32,000 bases of DNA. It comes from Thiotrichales bacterium 19S3-11. GTDB lineage: Bacteria > Pseudomonadota > Gammaproteobacteria > Francisellales > Francisellaceae. The translations under genes were made by a program, and so were the position numbers. Under the pieces are notes generated by a model. It worked only from the letters and a program-made list of their open reading frames with translations. It did no database searches and was not told the DNA's origin. Of the stretch, positions 1-10,698 are shown one piece after another; position 1 is the first letter of the stretch, and every line of letters begins with the position of its first letter. The stretch lies in contig JAKJJU010000022.1 in assembly GCA_021713295.1 (NCBI GenBank), forward strand, positions 13,401-45,400. Reading direction: 5' to 3'.

Positions 1-2
1 CG

Positions 3-677
3 CCTGTAACGAATATTAATTTAAAGAACAATGAAACGGTTAATTTATTGTTATCATCGCATAATCCAAACCGTTTGTTCGTTAAAGGTGAAAAGATAAC
101 ACAAGCTGCCTGTCAACAAGGCTATTGTATTGCAAGCTATGATAAATCAGGCGGTGTGTATATCTCGTTAGGCTATCCAGCGCGTCTTTCAACAAATGGC
201 TTTAGTATTTTTATTGAGACAGATAGTGGCAAGCATTTTAGTGTTTTAGCTAAGGCTGATAATGAAGCAACAGGCAAAACAGTAGAATTTAGTGTATCAG
301 GTGGTACAAAAAAGGCACATGAATTTGAAAAAAAGAATCCTTATCAAGCTATTTTAGTTAAGTTAATAAAGGCTATGATCAATTACCATAATGGTGATCA
401 ACTAGATTATGGCTTATCAACACAAGCAATTGTTCAACCAGAGCCTCAATCAAGCGATGTTAAGGGCATTTTAATTATCCCTGTGCGGCTTTTTGTTTCT
501 GATAACTTCAAAGGCTATCAAGTTTTAGTTAAGAATATGACCGATAAGCCAATTGCTTTAAAAACAAAATCATTCTATCAGCCTGATATGGTTGCTGGTG
601 CATTAGAAAATACTATTTTAAAGCCTAAGTCCTCAACTTACTTTTACAGTGTTTATAAGGAGGTAAGCGATGCTTAA
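3..677 (+). CDS. traK: TraK, F-type T4SS periplasmic core protein; 5'-truncated by the window edge
   Basis: The frame is open from nt 3 with no stop (PVTNINLKNNETVNLL...), so the TTG at 48 in the ORF track is not the real start. It sits directly upstream of traB and overlaps it by 8 nt. The SxxNPNRLFVKGEKI motif and the position fit TraK of F-like operons. Confidence 0.75.
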   Translation, partial: PVTNINLKNNETVNLLLSSHNPNRLFVKGEKITQAACQQGYCIASYDKSGGVYISLGYPARLSTNGFSIFIETDSGKHFSVLAKADNEATGKTVEFSVSGGTKKAHEFEKKNPYQAILVKLIKAMINYHNGDQLDYGLSTQAIVQPEPQSSDVKGILIIPVRLFVSDNFKGYQVLVKNMTDKPIALKTKSFYQPDMVAGALENTILKPKSSTYFYSVYKEVSDA

Positions 678-2100
678 GCGATTAGTTAAAGATAAGAAAT
701 TAACACTCGATAATCCGAATAAGAGTAAATTTAAGCCGTTTATTTTAATGGGTGTTTTGGTTGTTGTATTTGTTTTAGGCTATCTTATTATGCAAGTGAT
801 GTTTCATCCAAAACAATTTAAGGTGAAACAAAAGAATGAAGCACCACAAGGCATCATTAAAGATAGCCAGTTCACAGAAGATGATATAACATCCGCTCAA
901 AAATACCAACAGGCAAGTATTGATAAATTAGAAAAAGCACTAAATCAACAATCAAAAACATTAGTGCAACTACAAAATACGTTAAAGACTGAAAGAGAGC
1001 GTAGCGAAAGTGAGAAAGACAGCTTAGTTAAAAACTTCACACAACAGATTAATCGTATTCAAGATGCCAAAACAAAGCCTTTAAGTTCATATGATCAAGT
1101 ACACACAACTAAAAAAGCTACTCAACCTATGCCTAAAGGTCAACGAATTGATGGTACAAACACGAATGATCAAGCGTTAGGTCATAATGAAGTTAGTTAT
1201 AATCCTGATAATATTGTTCCAATGGTGCAAAGCTTTAATAATCCATTCATTGCTAAAGAAGAAGCACAAAGAAAAAGCTATCAACGTAGCTATCAAAACT
1301 ATGTGCCAACAGGTACATTTTGCCGTGCTGTTTTATTAGGTGGTGCGGATGCCAGTGCTGCGGTTGATGGTCAAAGTGATACCTCCCCAATTCTATTTAA
1401 GATAACCAATAACTGCACCTTACCGAATGGTAAGCATTCAAAGCTTAAAGGTGCAATGATTACCGCATCGGTTTATGGTCGTATTTCATCAGAGAGAGGC
1501 GAGGTAAGGCTTGAGAATATCTCTTTAATTCATAAAGATGGTACAATTTTAGATATGCCTGTTGAGGGTACAGCCTTTGACATTGGTGGTAAAAATGGCA
1601 TTCGAGGTATTCCAGTTTTAAGAAATGGTAAGATCATTGAAATGTCCGCTGCATCAGGCTTTTTATCAGGTATTGGCGGTGCAATTAGTCAATCATCACA
1701 GACAACCTCAACCTCTGCTTTAGGTTCAACAACTACTTTAACAGGTGGTGATGTCTTTAAGGCTGGCTTGGGTCAAGGTGCTGAAACAGCTTTAGGTAAG
1801 ATTGCAGATTATTATATTAAGCTTGCAGAGCAGTATTCGCCAATCATTCAGCTTAATGCTGGCGCTGAAGTTGACATTGTCTTTTTAAAAGGTTTTCCAA
1901 TTGAAGAAGAAAAGATGATTAAGCGTTATACCAATGCAGTTAATACCCAACGTCAAGGTGAAAAGGCAGCTAAAACAGTACAGAGTATACAAGTGCCAGT
2001 TAATCCATTAGCTGCACAAATTCCTAAGCCGTTTAGTCAAACTCAAAGCTCAAGTTATAACAATTCATTCGATCAAATTACACAAGATCACTTGAAATAA
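670..2100 (+). CDS. traB: TraB, F-type T4SS inner-membrane/core protein (VirB10-like)
   Basis: 476 aa (as I recall, F TraB is of similar length). N-terminal TM helix, coiled-coil segment and conserved C-terminal beta domain. Sits at the traK-traB-traV position. Confidence 0.9.
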   Translation: MLKRLVKDKKLTLDNPNKSKFKPFILMGVLVVVFVLGYLIMQVMFHPKQFKVKQKNEAPQGIIKDSQFTEDDITSAQKYQQASIDKLEKALNQQSKTLVQLQNTLKTERERSESEKDSLVKNFTQQINRIQDAKTKPLSSYDQVHTTKKATQPMPKGQRIDGTNTNDQALGHNEVSYNPDNIVPMVQSFNNPFIAKEEAQRKSYQRSYQNYVPTGTFCRAVLLGGADASAAVDGQSDTSPILFKITNNCTLPNGKHSKLKGAMITASVYGRISSERGEVRLENISLIHKDGTILDMPVEGTAFDIGGKNGIRGIPVLRNGKIIEMSAASGFLSGIGGAISQSSQTTSTSALGSTTTLTGGDVFKAGLGQGAETALGKIADYYIKLAEQYSPIIQLNAGAEVDIVFLKGFPIEEEKMIKRYTNAVNTQRQGEKAAKTVQSIQVPVNPLAAQIPKPFSQTQSSSYNNSFDQITQDHLK

Positions 2101-2111
2101 GGATACACACA

Positions 2112-2507
2112 ATGAAGAAACTATTTTTTTTGTTATTGCCAAGTCTCTTTTTAAGTGGCTGTGCTGCAATGAATAATGACTTTGATTGTAACAAGATTGG
2201 CGGTATTAAAGGTTGTGTCTCGCTAGATGAGGTTAATAGCATGACCGATCAAGGCACATTAGGTCAAAAGCAATCAACTACAACAAATACGACAACGAAT
2301 CGTAACATTTCAGGCTATTTAAATGGCATTCCTAATATCGGTGAGCCTGTACGCTTTGGTGATACGATTCAACAAATAACCATTTTTCCTTATGAAGATA
2401 CTGACGGTAATTATCATGAGGCATCGGTTATTTACAGTGTCTTAAAACAATCCCATTGGATAGCGCATCCACCTAAAGCAATTCAAACCAGTGATTTAGA
2501 GGATTAA
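2112..2507 (+). CDS. traV: TraV, outer-membrane lipoprotein of the F-type T4SS core
   Basis: Signal peptide with lipobox LFLSGC, followed by the Cys-containing FDCNKIGGIKGC motif typical of TraV. Lies between traB and traC. Confidence 0.85.
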   Translation: MKKLFFLLLPSLFLSGCAAMNNDFDCNKIGGIKGCVSLDEVNSMTDQGTLGQKQSTTTNTTTNRNISGYLNGIPNIGEPVRFGDTIQQITIFPYEDTDGNYHEASVIYSVLKQSHWIAHPPKAIQTSDLED

Positions 2508-2511
2508 GACA

Positions 2512-5235
2512 ATGGCATTTTCAGTTCTCAATAAATTAAAACGTAAAAAAACCGATGCAATTGAGCAATTACATCAAGGGCTAGATTCGGGTATCCCTAG
2601 CTTTCATCATCAATTACCTTATCGTTATTTTGATCAAGAGAAGGGCATATTCATCAATGAGTATAAGTCGTTAATTGGTAATCAAGTAGGCTATGGCTTT
2701 GCAAGAGAGATAGCAACGTTATCGGGCAGTAGTCGTATTATACCTGAAAGTCTAAACGATATGATTTGTAAAAAATTACCAACGGGCAAGAAATGGGGCT
2801 ATCAATTTGTTTTAACCGCTGATCGAAAAGTATCTGATTTAATCGAAACGAATCGACGCTTACATTCACAATCAGGTGGTGCTTATGCCAAGCTTGCGCA
2901 ATATCAAGCAGATATGGCAAATAAAGCCATTGTTGATGGCTTTAACAATGGCTTTGGTAAGTCAGCTCGATTTGACCTTAAAAATTATCGTTCTTTCTTT
3001 TTTGCTTATACAACAGGCAATGACCTTGAAAAGCTCTTAACTGTAAAAGAAGAAACTGAAAACGATTTGGCTTTATTAGGCACAAGTTTTCGTGATATGG
3101 ATGCAGAAGATTTAATTGCTTATATGCATCAGATTGTCAATCATAACCGTAATGATACCTCAATAAGTACCGTTAATTATAACCCTTATGATGAGATTAA
3201 CTCACAAGTCTATGATCAAAAAACAACGATTGACAAGGTGAATAAGAACTTTATTGATATTAAGTTTTATGATGATACAACACACTATTTAGCTGATAAG
3301 CCTATAAAGACACGTATTGTTTGTTTAACGTTAAATAAATTACCAAGTGAATTCTATCACTGGGAATTAGAAAAGTATTTAACCTCGATTAGAAGTAGTG
3401 GCTTATCGTTAGGGTGTCCTTTTTTATGGTCGGTTAATTTTCAGATTGAATCAAAGGCAAAATCTGAGACAGATACCAATGCAAAGATATCAAATTTAAC
3501 ACGTTCCATTGAAAGTGGTTTAGGTAAGTTTTTTCCTTATCTTCGTGACCAACTAGAAGAACAGCGAGAAGTACAAAGAGGATTAGCTGGTGATATTTAT
3601 CGGATTTGTAATTTTTCAGTTGATTTGATTTTATTTAGTGATGAGGCTAATTATAAACGTGATATTTCAACAGCAGAACGTTTATTTAGAGATGGTTTAG
3701 AGCTAAGAAATACTGAGTGTATGCAAAATCAAACCTTTCTTTCTATTATGCCGTTTCAGTATGCACGCTTTAGTAAAGATCGTAAAAAAATTGCCACATC
3801 CCACCGTGCTAAATCATCTAATGTTGCTAATATGCTACCGATATTAGGCGCTTATAAAGGCTCATATGACACCAACAAAGCATCAGAATATCGAGGGTTA
3901 AGCTATGGCTTATTAACACCAACAAGAACCAATCAAATTGCTTTTTTCAATCCGTTTATCATGGGTAGTGATTCATTTAATGTCTGTATTGCAGGTGTGA
4001 TGGGTTCGGGTAAATCAGTGTTTGCTCAATGTGTTATTTTATCGATTATCTCAATGGGTGGTGTTGTTTGGGCATTCGATAAGGGTGGCTCTTATCGAGA
4101 TATGTGCCGTGCTGTTGGTGGTCAAATGATTAATGCATCAGCCTTATACTTAAACCCATTTTCACACCTTGATTATGAGAAAATGAAAAATGACCCTGAG
4201 TTATTAAGCGACCCTGATTTTTCAGCAGAAGCAAGCTTTCAAAACTCAATTGCAATGATTACTGATTTATACAGTATGATCGGTCGCCCAACAGAGGTTG
4301 TCAGTGATTTTGAAAAGTCATTTTTAAACGGTTGTATTACGCGCGCCTATCATAAAAAGAAGATGCAAACCTTAGTTGATGATGTGGTCAATGAGATTGA
4401 ATTAAGCCTCTTAGAAGATGAAAAGAAAGGCTTACCATTTGATCAACGTAAGGCAGATTGGGTACATTATTTAACGCCTTATATGACAACAGGGTCATCG
4501 CCTGAGGTCTTTAATAAGCCATCAAAGCTTGACCCGAATGCATCGTTTATTTGTATTGAAACAGAAGGTGTGCCTAAAAACTTAAAAAATCCTGTGATGA
4601 TGGCATTAACCATTGATATTGATAATCGCATTATCTTATCGACAAGCGCCCAACCTAAAGCTTTAGTTGTTGAAGAGGTGAGTCAGTTATTAAGGATGGA
4701 CTCAAAAGCATTAGAGAATAAATTTTCAGAAGGTGCAGCAACCTATCGTAAGAAAAAGGCAACGTTAATTACCATTACACAGCTAGTATCTGAATACTTT
4801 GATACGCCGTTATTACAAACAATCTATAGCAAAAGTGAATTAAAAGTTGTTATGCGCCAAGGTGATGAATTTGAAACGTTTGCAAAAGATAAAAAGCTTT
4901 TTGAAGAGAGCGATATTAAGAAAATTCGCTCATTTAAAAAGTCATCAGAGGCTTTATTTGCAAGTTTCCTATTCAAAAACGATCAGGCAACGTCAGTGCA
5001 TCATTTCTACCTTGACCCATTCGCTAAGGTTTTAACCTCTACAAAAACAGAAGATATGGAAGCCATTAAACGCTATCGAAAATCAGGTTTAAGCGTTGGT
5101 GATGCCGTTGAGCGAGTGATGTGGGATTACTACGGTGATGAGGCACAAAGCTTAGTTGATTATCGCAACAAATTACAAGAGCAAAAGCAATCAGAAGATG
5201 ATTTTGCAGTCATTGAACGTGCAGCAAATAGTTAA
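2512..5235 (+). CDS. traC: TraC, VirB4-family T4SS ATPase
   Basis: 907 aa with Walker A GVMGSGKS and a Walker B-like LVVEEV. The size and position match F TraC. Confidence 0.95.
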   Translation: MAFSVLNKLKRKKTDAIEQLHQGLDSGIPSFHHQLPYRYFDQEKGIFINEYKSLIGNQVGYGFAREIATLSGSSRIIPESLNDMICKKLPTGKKWGYQFVLTADRKVSDLIETNRRLHSQSGGAYAKLAQYQADMANKAIVDGFNNGFGKSARFDLKNYRSFFFAYTTGNDLEKLLTVKEETENDLALLGTSFRDMDAEDLIAYMHQIVNHNRNDTSISTVNYNPYDEINSQVYDQKTTIDKVNKNFIDIKFYDDTTHYLADKPIKTRIVCLTLNKLPSEFYHWELEKYLTSIRSSGLSLGCPFLWSVNFQIESKAKSETDTNAKISNLTRSIESGLGKFFPYLRDQLEEQREVQRGLAGDIYRICNFSVDLILFSDEANYKRDISTAERLFRDGLELRNTECMQNQTFLSIMPFQYARFSKDRKKIATSHRAKSSNVANMLPILGAYKGSYDTNKASEYRGLSYGLLTPTRTNQIAFFNPFIMGSDSFNVCIAGVMGSGKSVFAQCVILSIISMGGVVWAFDKGGSYRDMCRAVGGQMINASALYLNPFSHLDYEKMKNDPELLSDPDFSAEASFQNSIAMITDLYSMIGRPTEVVSDFEKSFLNGCITRAYHKKKMQTLVDDVVNEIELSLLEDEKKGLPFDQRKADWVHYLTPYMTTGSSPEVFNKPSKLDPNASFICIETEGVPKNLKNPVMMALTIDIDNRIILSTSAQPKALVVEEVSQLLRMDSKALENKFSEGAATYRKKKATLITITQLVSEYFDTPLLQTIYSKSELKVVMRQGDEFETFAKDKKLFEESDIKKIRSFKKSSEALFASFLFKNDQATSVHHFYLDPFAKVLTSTKTEDMEAIKRYRKSGLSVGDAVERVMWDYYGDEAQSLVDYRNKLQEQKQSEDDFAVIERAANS

Positions 5236-5246
5236 GGATTTTCAAA

Positions 5247-5585
5247 ATGAATCGATTATTAGGATTTATATTATTCGCAGTTATCCCCCTTATATTAATA
5301 TTCATGCTTATGATACAGCAATTAGATCATCATCAGAGAATCACAAGCGTTAATATTTCACAAATTATTCAAGATTTTTCAACTAAAGTTGCCTCACTAC
5401 ATGGCAGTGATGATGATAAAAAGAAATTATCTGAAAGCTTCTCAAAAGCATTAAGTGCATCAATTGATGAGTATGCAAAGACGCATAATCAAACGATTTT
5501 TGTTAATAAAGCAATTGCTTCAAATGTTTTAGATGTCACAGGCGATATTGAATCTGACGTATTTAAAAAGATTAAATTGTTGTAA
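5247..5585 (+). CDS. trbI: TrbI-like small bitopic membrane protein
   Basis: 112 aa with one N-terminal TM helix. The C-terminal pattern (LSESFSKALSASIDEY...IFVNKAI...DVTGDI) parallels remembered F TrbI (LSEAQSKALSARF...ILVSPAV...DITREI). Located between traC and traW, as in F. Confidence 0.65.
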   Translation: MNRLLGFILFAVIPLILIFMLMIQQLDHHQRITSVNISQIIQDFSTKVASLHGSDDDKKKLSESFSKALSASIDEYAKTHNQTIFVNKAIASNVLDVTGDIESDVFKKIKLL

Positions 5586-5595
5586 GGATAGGGTG

Positions 5596-6300
5596 ATGAT
5601 GCGTTTACTTATCATTGTAGCTTTAAGCTCTTTTGCTTCATTAGGCTATGCAAAAGATTTAGGTCAGTACGGTCATGTATTCCCAATTGTTGAAGAAAAC
5701 ATGCTTGATTGGATATATGCACGCCTTAATCATATGAAAGAGTCAGGCGAATTAAAGAGGCTTGAAGATAAAGCAATTGTTGAAGTTAAAAAGCATATAA
5801 GACGCCCAAAGCCTACGAATTTAGGTGTAACGACTAAGCCTCGCACCTTCTATAAAACACCTGAATTTGTCCTACAAGCGGATATTAAAGATAGCTTTGG
5901 TCATGTACTGTATAAAAAAGGCTTAAGCTTTAATCCGTTAGATGCTTCAACCTATCCTGAATCAGTTAAAGCTTATCATCCAAAAGCACCTGACTATAAA
6001 GTCATTTGGTTATTTTTCAATGGCGATGATAATCGAGAGGTTAACTTTATTCAAAAAGAGCTTATTCAGTTAGATAAGGCAAATAAGCCATACAAATTAA
6101 TCTTAACAGGCGGTGATATAAAGGTTGTTTCTCACTATTTAAAACGCCGTGTTTACTTTGATCTTTATGGCTATTTTAGCCGTTATTTTAACCTTATCTA
6201 TGTACCAAGTATTGTCCAAAAAGATGGTGTTAGATTCAAGATACAAGAATTTGATGTATCAAATGAATCTTCAAAATTAAAGGATAAGACTAATGCGTAA
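5596..6300 (+). CDS. traW: TraW, periplasmic pilus-assembly protein
   Basis: The start is moved to the ATG ATG at 5596, downstream of AGGATAGGG; this gives the signal peptide MMRLLIIVALSSFASLGYA. Motifs DLGQYGHVFPIVEENML, SGEL, FFNGDD and RVYFD match remembered F TraW (DLGTWGDLWPVKEPDML, SGEM, FINGDD, RVYFD). Confidence 0.85.
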   Translation: MMRLLIIVALSSFASLGYAKDLGQYGHVFPIVEENMLDWIYARLNHMKESGELKRLEDKAIVEVKKHIRRPKPTNLGVTTKPRTFYKTPEFVLQADIKDSFGHVLYKKGLSFNPLDASTYPESVKAYHPKAPDYKVIWLFFNGDDNREVNFIQKELIQLDKANKPYKLILTGGDIKVVSHYLKRRVYFDLYGYFSRYFNLIYVPSIVQKDGVRFKIQEFDVSNESSKLKDKTNA

Positions 6301-7300
6301 GTTATTGATTATTATCTTATCTCTTTTTGCTCATAATAGCTTTGCTGTCATTGGTGCTTGTCAAGGTCGTTTCATTAATCCAATTAGCGATATTTCATGG
6401 GCGAGTATTTTTCCTTTAACGATTGGCAAAGTGCCAGTTATCCCAAGTGCATTAGGTTTACCTGATACTGAAAATCCAACCTCTCCAGTTGTGGGTTGCA
6501 CGATGGAAGCACCACCTTATTATCGTATTGGTATGACGCTTGGATATTGGGAGCCATATGCCTTAACGGATGTGACACGCATTCCGTATTGCATGGTAAA
6601 TATGGGCTTTCAAATGTCAATGGGCATTAACCAACAACAAATAGGTGGTGATTCTATTGCAACAGGTGCAAATGAAACCAATGACAGCCAATTTTTTCAT
6701 GTTCATTGGTACAAGTATCCAGTTGTCTATTGGTTACAGTTAATTGAGTCATCTGCCTGTCTTTCAAGTGATAACTTTGATATTAGCTATATGAGCGAGC
6801 TTGACCCATTATGGGATGATGAAGTTGCAGCGTTTATTATGAACCCTGAAGCCATTTTATTTGGTAATCCCATTGCACAATTAGCTTGTATTCCTGAATC
6901 AGTATTAACCTCAACGAATATGTCATTGCCCATTGATGCTTTGTTTTGGTGCGCTGGTTCGCAAGGTTCAATGTATCCATTAACAGGTGATGTTAGCCAT
7001 AACTATTCGGATGTATCGAATGCTGCACTTTTAACTGAGAGAATGAATTTTAAGATGCATCGAGAGGGCTTAATCACTGAAACAGTTGGTGAGTGGCCTG
7101 CTATTTGTTATCAATATTATACGCCGATTCTACCTAAATCACGTTATCGCTATCAGTGGTCAAATGTTGTACCTGAGCCTTATATTTCGCATCCATATAC
7201 GACAACAACTGTGATCTCTGAATCAGGTAAAAATAACCCATCCAGTGCTGATAATTACGGTTTGGTGAATTTTAGAAAACGAAATTGTGTCTTTATGTGA
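6293..7300 (+). CDS. traU: TraU, periplasmic pilus-assembly / DNA-transfer protein
   Basis: 335 aa with a signal peptide. CQGRFINPISDISWASIFPLTIG is the characteristic TraU N-terminal motif. Overlaps the traW stop by 8 nt. Confidence 0.9.
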   Translation: MRKLLIIILSLFAHNSFAVIGACQGRFINPISDISWASIFPLTIGKVPVIPSALGLPDTENPTSPVVGCTMEAPPYYRIGMTLGYWEPYALTDVTRIPYCMVNMGFQMSMGINQQQIGGDSIATGANETNDSQFFHVHWYKYPVVYWLQLIESSACLSSDNFDISYMSELDPLWDDEVAAFIMNPEAILFGNPIAQLACIPESVLTSTNMSLPIDALFWCAGSQGSMYPLTGDVSHNYSDVSNAALLTERMNFKMHREGLITETVGEWPAICYQYYTPILPKSRYRYQWSNVVPEPYISHPYTTTTVISESGKNNPSSADNYGLVNFRKRNCVFM

Positions 7301-7304
7301 GGTA

Positions 7305-8015
7305 ATGATGAGATTTTTATTCGTGATGCTATTAAGTATTGGTTTAAATATAAGCTATGCAGCTAATTTAGCGAATCAACAAACGATTAATACACTTAAT
7401 GATCGTACCTTATCAAAGGCATCAAACTATCAAAGTTATGCCTTAAGCTTACAAGATCAAGCAATACAGAATCAAGGTTACGTTAATGATTATGCCAAAA
7501 AATTAGGTAATGATGGCTTATTAAAGCTACGTCAATTTAATCAAATTCAAGCAACTTATGCGCATAATCAAGCAAAAGAGAAGCCGTATCATGGCTTAAT
7601 TATTTTTGCATCGTTAGGTATGCCAAACACCTCATTAAAGGCATTGATTAAGCAAGCAGATCACTATCAAGTGCCTATTATTATTCAAGGTCTTTATGAA
7701 AATAGCCTTACTAAAACAGCTAAAAAGCTATTTCAATTAATTAAGCCTGAACAGAAAGGCGAAGCTTACCAAGGTGGCATTATGATTGACCCTACTTGGT
7801 TTCGTTTTTATAACATTCAAAAAGTACCTGCCTTTGTAGTTACTGAACAATTAACACCGTGTGATTTAGAGAAAGGTTGTAAGCGCAAAGCTTATGACAT
7901 TTTATACGGCAATATCTCATTAAGTGATGCATTAAACGTATTTAAAGCAAAAGGTTCGCCTGAATTAAAACCCATCGTTGAAGAATTCATCAAAAGAGGT
8001 AACAGCCATGCGTAA
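7305..8015 (+). CDS. trbC: TrbC, periplasmic pilus-assembly protein
   Basis: The start is moved to the ATG at 7305 (or 7308), just after GAGGT; this gives the signal peptide MMRFLFVMLLSIGLNISYA. Carries the IFASLGMP...VPIIIQGL motif typical of TrbC. Located between traU and traN. Confidence 0.75.
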   Translation: MMRFLFVMLLSIGLNISYAANLANQQTINTLNDRTLSKASNYQSYALSLQDQAIQNQGYVNDYAKKLGNDGLLKLRQFNQIQATYAHNQAKEKPYHGLIIFASLGMPNTSLKALIKQADHYQVPIIIQGLYENSLTKTAKKLFQLIKPEQKGEAYQGGIMIDPTWFRFYNIQKVPAFVVTEQLTPCDLEKGCKRKAYDILYGNISLSDALNVFKAKGSPELKPIVEEFIKRGNSHA

Positions 8016-9951
8016 GTTAGCTTATCTTGTAATCCTATCTTTAACTGCCAATACATACGCTGATTCAAGACAAGATACATTTGATCAGTATTCTAAAGAT
8101 TATGAGAATATCTCATCAAATTTAATTCATTCAGGCGCGCTAAATAATAAGATTAATCCGAATGATTATGCAAAAGATTACACCGATCATCCAAAAGAAA
8201 TGGATTACTATGGCAATCCTGATCAAATGCAAGATGATAGCCAAAGCCAATTTATCCATGATAAAGAGACAAAAGCCACAGCAGATAAATACAAAAATGG
8301 CGCATATAAAAATTTAGTCAATCCGAATAGCCCATCAATGAAACATGCAGCGGATATTATGCAATATAGCTATGAGTATTCGCATGGGATATCAACCGAT
8401 AAATTCGATTGCCAATCAGGTAAAAGTTGTCGTTGGACGACAGAACCAAAAAGTTGTGAGATATCACAAGATTTCACAACCACGTGTACGCGCACACCAA
8501 TTGTTAAAGTTGATTATGAAGATGTCGGTAGTTGTAATCATTATGTGATTAATGGTACAAACATTCAAATTGTATCAGGTGCTAATTCAGAAGGGTTTTG
8601 TCAAGTTGGAATCCAACATTGGCAAGCATCTGCTATTAACAAAAGTATTGATGAAAGCCATAATTCATCCATTCAGACACCAGCTAATTATACGAATGTT
8701 AAGATTGTACTATTTAGCTATATGACAGGTCAGTTTGAAAATACTTCTGCTGGTACACATGAGTCAATTTCAGGTTTAGGTAGTATCCATGTTGGTACAA
8801 TGTATTCAAAAGGCTATTATGAAAACTCACTTAATGTACCTCAATCAAAATCAGTTGATACTCATTCCTTTTCAATCAGTCTAGGTTTTGCAACAGGTCG
8901 AGGTTTGAATACCGTATTTTATGGTACATTCGTTGAATATCCAAAGAAACAGCCTTACCCACATGTAACAGGCTATCAAGAAAACTGCCAAATTCCTGAT
9001 ACCAGCCAATGCACTAAAACAGCAGAAAAATGTACGATTGATGGTAGTACACGTTACTTTGATGGCTTGCCGTTATATGAAAACTGTTGGCAATATGAAA
9101 GTAGTTTGACCTGTTCAAGTGGTCATGTAGATACCTGTACGGATATGTCAGAATGTGACCCGACAGGTCAAAGCTGTATTTTAAAAATTGCAGATACATG
9201 CACTCGATATAAGCGCACCTATGCTTGTCCTAAACATGTTTGTGATGGTGAAAGTGTCAGTTGTGGCAGCTTAAAAGGCGATATCATCAATGATCGAGAT
9301 AATCCAAAAGAAAGTGAAGAAGACTTTGATCAGGCGGTTGCTGGTTTAGCTGCTGCTTCTGCTGCTGGCAATGGCATTAAAGATCAAAATACATTAACAC
9401 CTGAAATCTTCAAAGGTAAATCGGCATCTTGTGGTAAAGCTGGTTTGGATGTCTATGACTGTTGCGATGATGATAGCAGTATCATTTTACATTGCAGTGA
9501 AGATGATAAGGCACTTAAAAAGGCTCGTGATAAGGGCATTACAACGTATGTTGGTGAGTATTGCGCTAAAAAAGATCCCGTCAATCTAATGTGTTTAGTC
9601 ACACGCAAAAGCTATTGTGTTTTTCCATCAAAACTTGACCGTATTGTTCAAGAGCAAGGCAGAAAAGATCAGTTAGGCATTAGTTTTGGTGATGCTGAAA
9701 ATCCGAATTGTCGCGGTTTGAGTATTGATGAATTTCAAAAGCTTGATTTAAGTACGATGGATTTAAGCGCAATCTATGATGATTTAGTCATTGCATCACC
9801 ATCAACAGGTGATATCTCATCTGATATTTCAAAGGATTATGACAAAGGTAAAAAGATACCTGAATTTGATGATACAGACACACACGATGCACAGCCTGAA
9901 TCGCCATTAGATGATAAAAGTACCGATAGTTACAAAGGAAAGAATCGATGA
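8008..9951 (+). CDS. traN: TraN, Cys-rich outer-membrane mating-pair stabilisation protein
   Basis: The start is moved to the ATG at 8008 (AGAGGT RBS, ATGCGTAA overlap with the trbC stop); this gives the signal peptide MRKLAYLVILSLTANTYA. Many conserved cysteines, including C-terminal CCDDD and CxxxxxxC blocks typical of TraN. Confidence 0.85.
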   Translation: MRKLAYLVILSLTANTYADSRQDTFDQYSKDYENISSNLIHSGALNNKINPNDYAKDYTDHPKEMDYYGNPDQMQDDSQSQFIHDKETKATADKYKNGAYKNLVNPNSPSMKHAADIMQYSYEYSHGISTDKFDCQSGKSCRWTTEPKSCEISQDFTTTCTRTPIVKVDYEDVGSCNHYVINGTNIQIVSGANSEGFCQVGIQHWQASAINKSIDESHNSSIQTPANYTNVKIVLFSYMTGQFENTSAGTHESISGLGSIHVGTMYSKGYYENSLNVPQSKSVDTHSFSISLGFATGRGLNTVFYGTFVEYPKKQPYPHVTGYQENCQIPDTSQCTKTAEKCTIDGSTRYFDGLPLYENCWQYESSLTCSSGHVDTCTDMSECDPTGQSCILKIADTCTRYKRTYACPKHVCDGESVSCGSLKGDIINDRDNPKESEEDFDQAVAGLAAASAAGNGIKDQNTLTPEIFKGKSASCGKAGLDVYDCCDDDSSIILHCSEDDKALKKARDKGITTYVGEYCAKKDPVNLMCLVTRKSYCVFPSKLDRIVQEQGRKDQLGISFGDAENPNCRGLSIDEFQKLDLSTMDLSAIYDDLVIASPSTGDISSDISKDYDKGKKIPEFDDTDTHDAQPESPLDDKSTDSYKGKNR

Positions 9952-10697
9952 GAGGATTATTATTTTTTGTTCTTTTAAGTATCTCAAGTATAAGCTTTGC
10001 AGCCTATGGGTCGAAAGGCTGGCATTGGTATGATATCAATGTCGATTACAGTGATGATGCACCAAAGGTAACACAACAAGTTATTGAAAAGCCGATTTCA
10101 TATAGTCAGCAATTAGAAGCCTTTCATCAGTATTACAACGAAGTTCAGGCAAAGGCAACGATTACGAATAATGTTAAGGATGTTGCGTATGCTGCTTTAT
10201 TACGTAAGTGGATTGTTGAAAACTCCATTAAAAATGGTCAGGCAATGAAAGAGGCGTTGCTTGAATATCCTCAATTATCAGCAAGCGTTAAAAACCCAAC
10301 AACGGATTTAGCGCGTCAACTTGTTTTTCATCAGAACCAAGAAAAAGAAGATCGAGCCATTAGAGAATTATCAAAATCATATGGCTTATTTTTCTTCTAC
10401 AAAGGCAAAGATATCTATGCCAATGCAATGGCTAAATCCGTTCAAGAATTTGCCGATGAATATGGTATTGCCTTAATTGGTTATCCAGTTGATGGTTATG
10501 CAATATCAGACATCAAAAATAATAAAGCGTACCACAATGAGATGACTGTTTTAGGGGTTAAGGCGTTACCTGCACTTTTTTTAGTCAATCCAAGAAAACG
10601 CCAAGCCTTGCCATTAACCTATGGCTTTGTCGCAGAAGATACCATTAAACAACACTACGTTGATATTGCCACTAACTTTGGAAAAAGAGAGATTTAA
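9948..10697 (+). CDS. traF: TraF, thioredoxin-fold periplasmic pilus-assembly protein lacking CXXC
   Basis: 249 aa with a signal peptide and the GWHWY motif near the N-terminus, as in F TraF. ATGA overlap with the traN stop. Confidence 0.85.
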   Translation: MRGLLFFVLLSISSISFAAYGSKGWHWYDINVDYSDDAPKVTQQVIEKPISYSQQLEAFHQYYNEVQAKATITNNVKDVAYAALLRKWIVENSIKNGQAMKEALLEYPQLSASVKNPTTDLARQLVFHQNQEKEDRAIRELSKSYGLFFFYKGKDIYANAMAKSVQEFADEYGIALIGYPVDGYAISDIKNNKAYHNEMTVLGVKALPALFLVNPRKRQALPLTYGFVAEDTIKQHYVDIATNFGKREI

Positions 10698-10698
10698 A

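Noticed and set aside
2738-2920. Short ORFs nested in or antisense to tra genes (2738-2920, 4847-5035, 5156-5353, 6438-6620, 7892-8080, 8345-8548, 9014-9199, 12528-12809, 14204-14386, 16354-16539, 19005-19298, 20903-21127, 21863-22233, 24853-25050, 25796-26026, 29708-29893)
   Set aside because: All lie inside confidently identified longer genes, lack RBS context, and have low-complexity or shadow-frame compositions.
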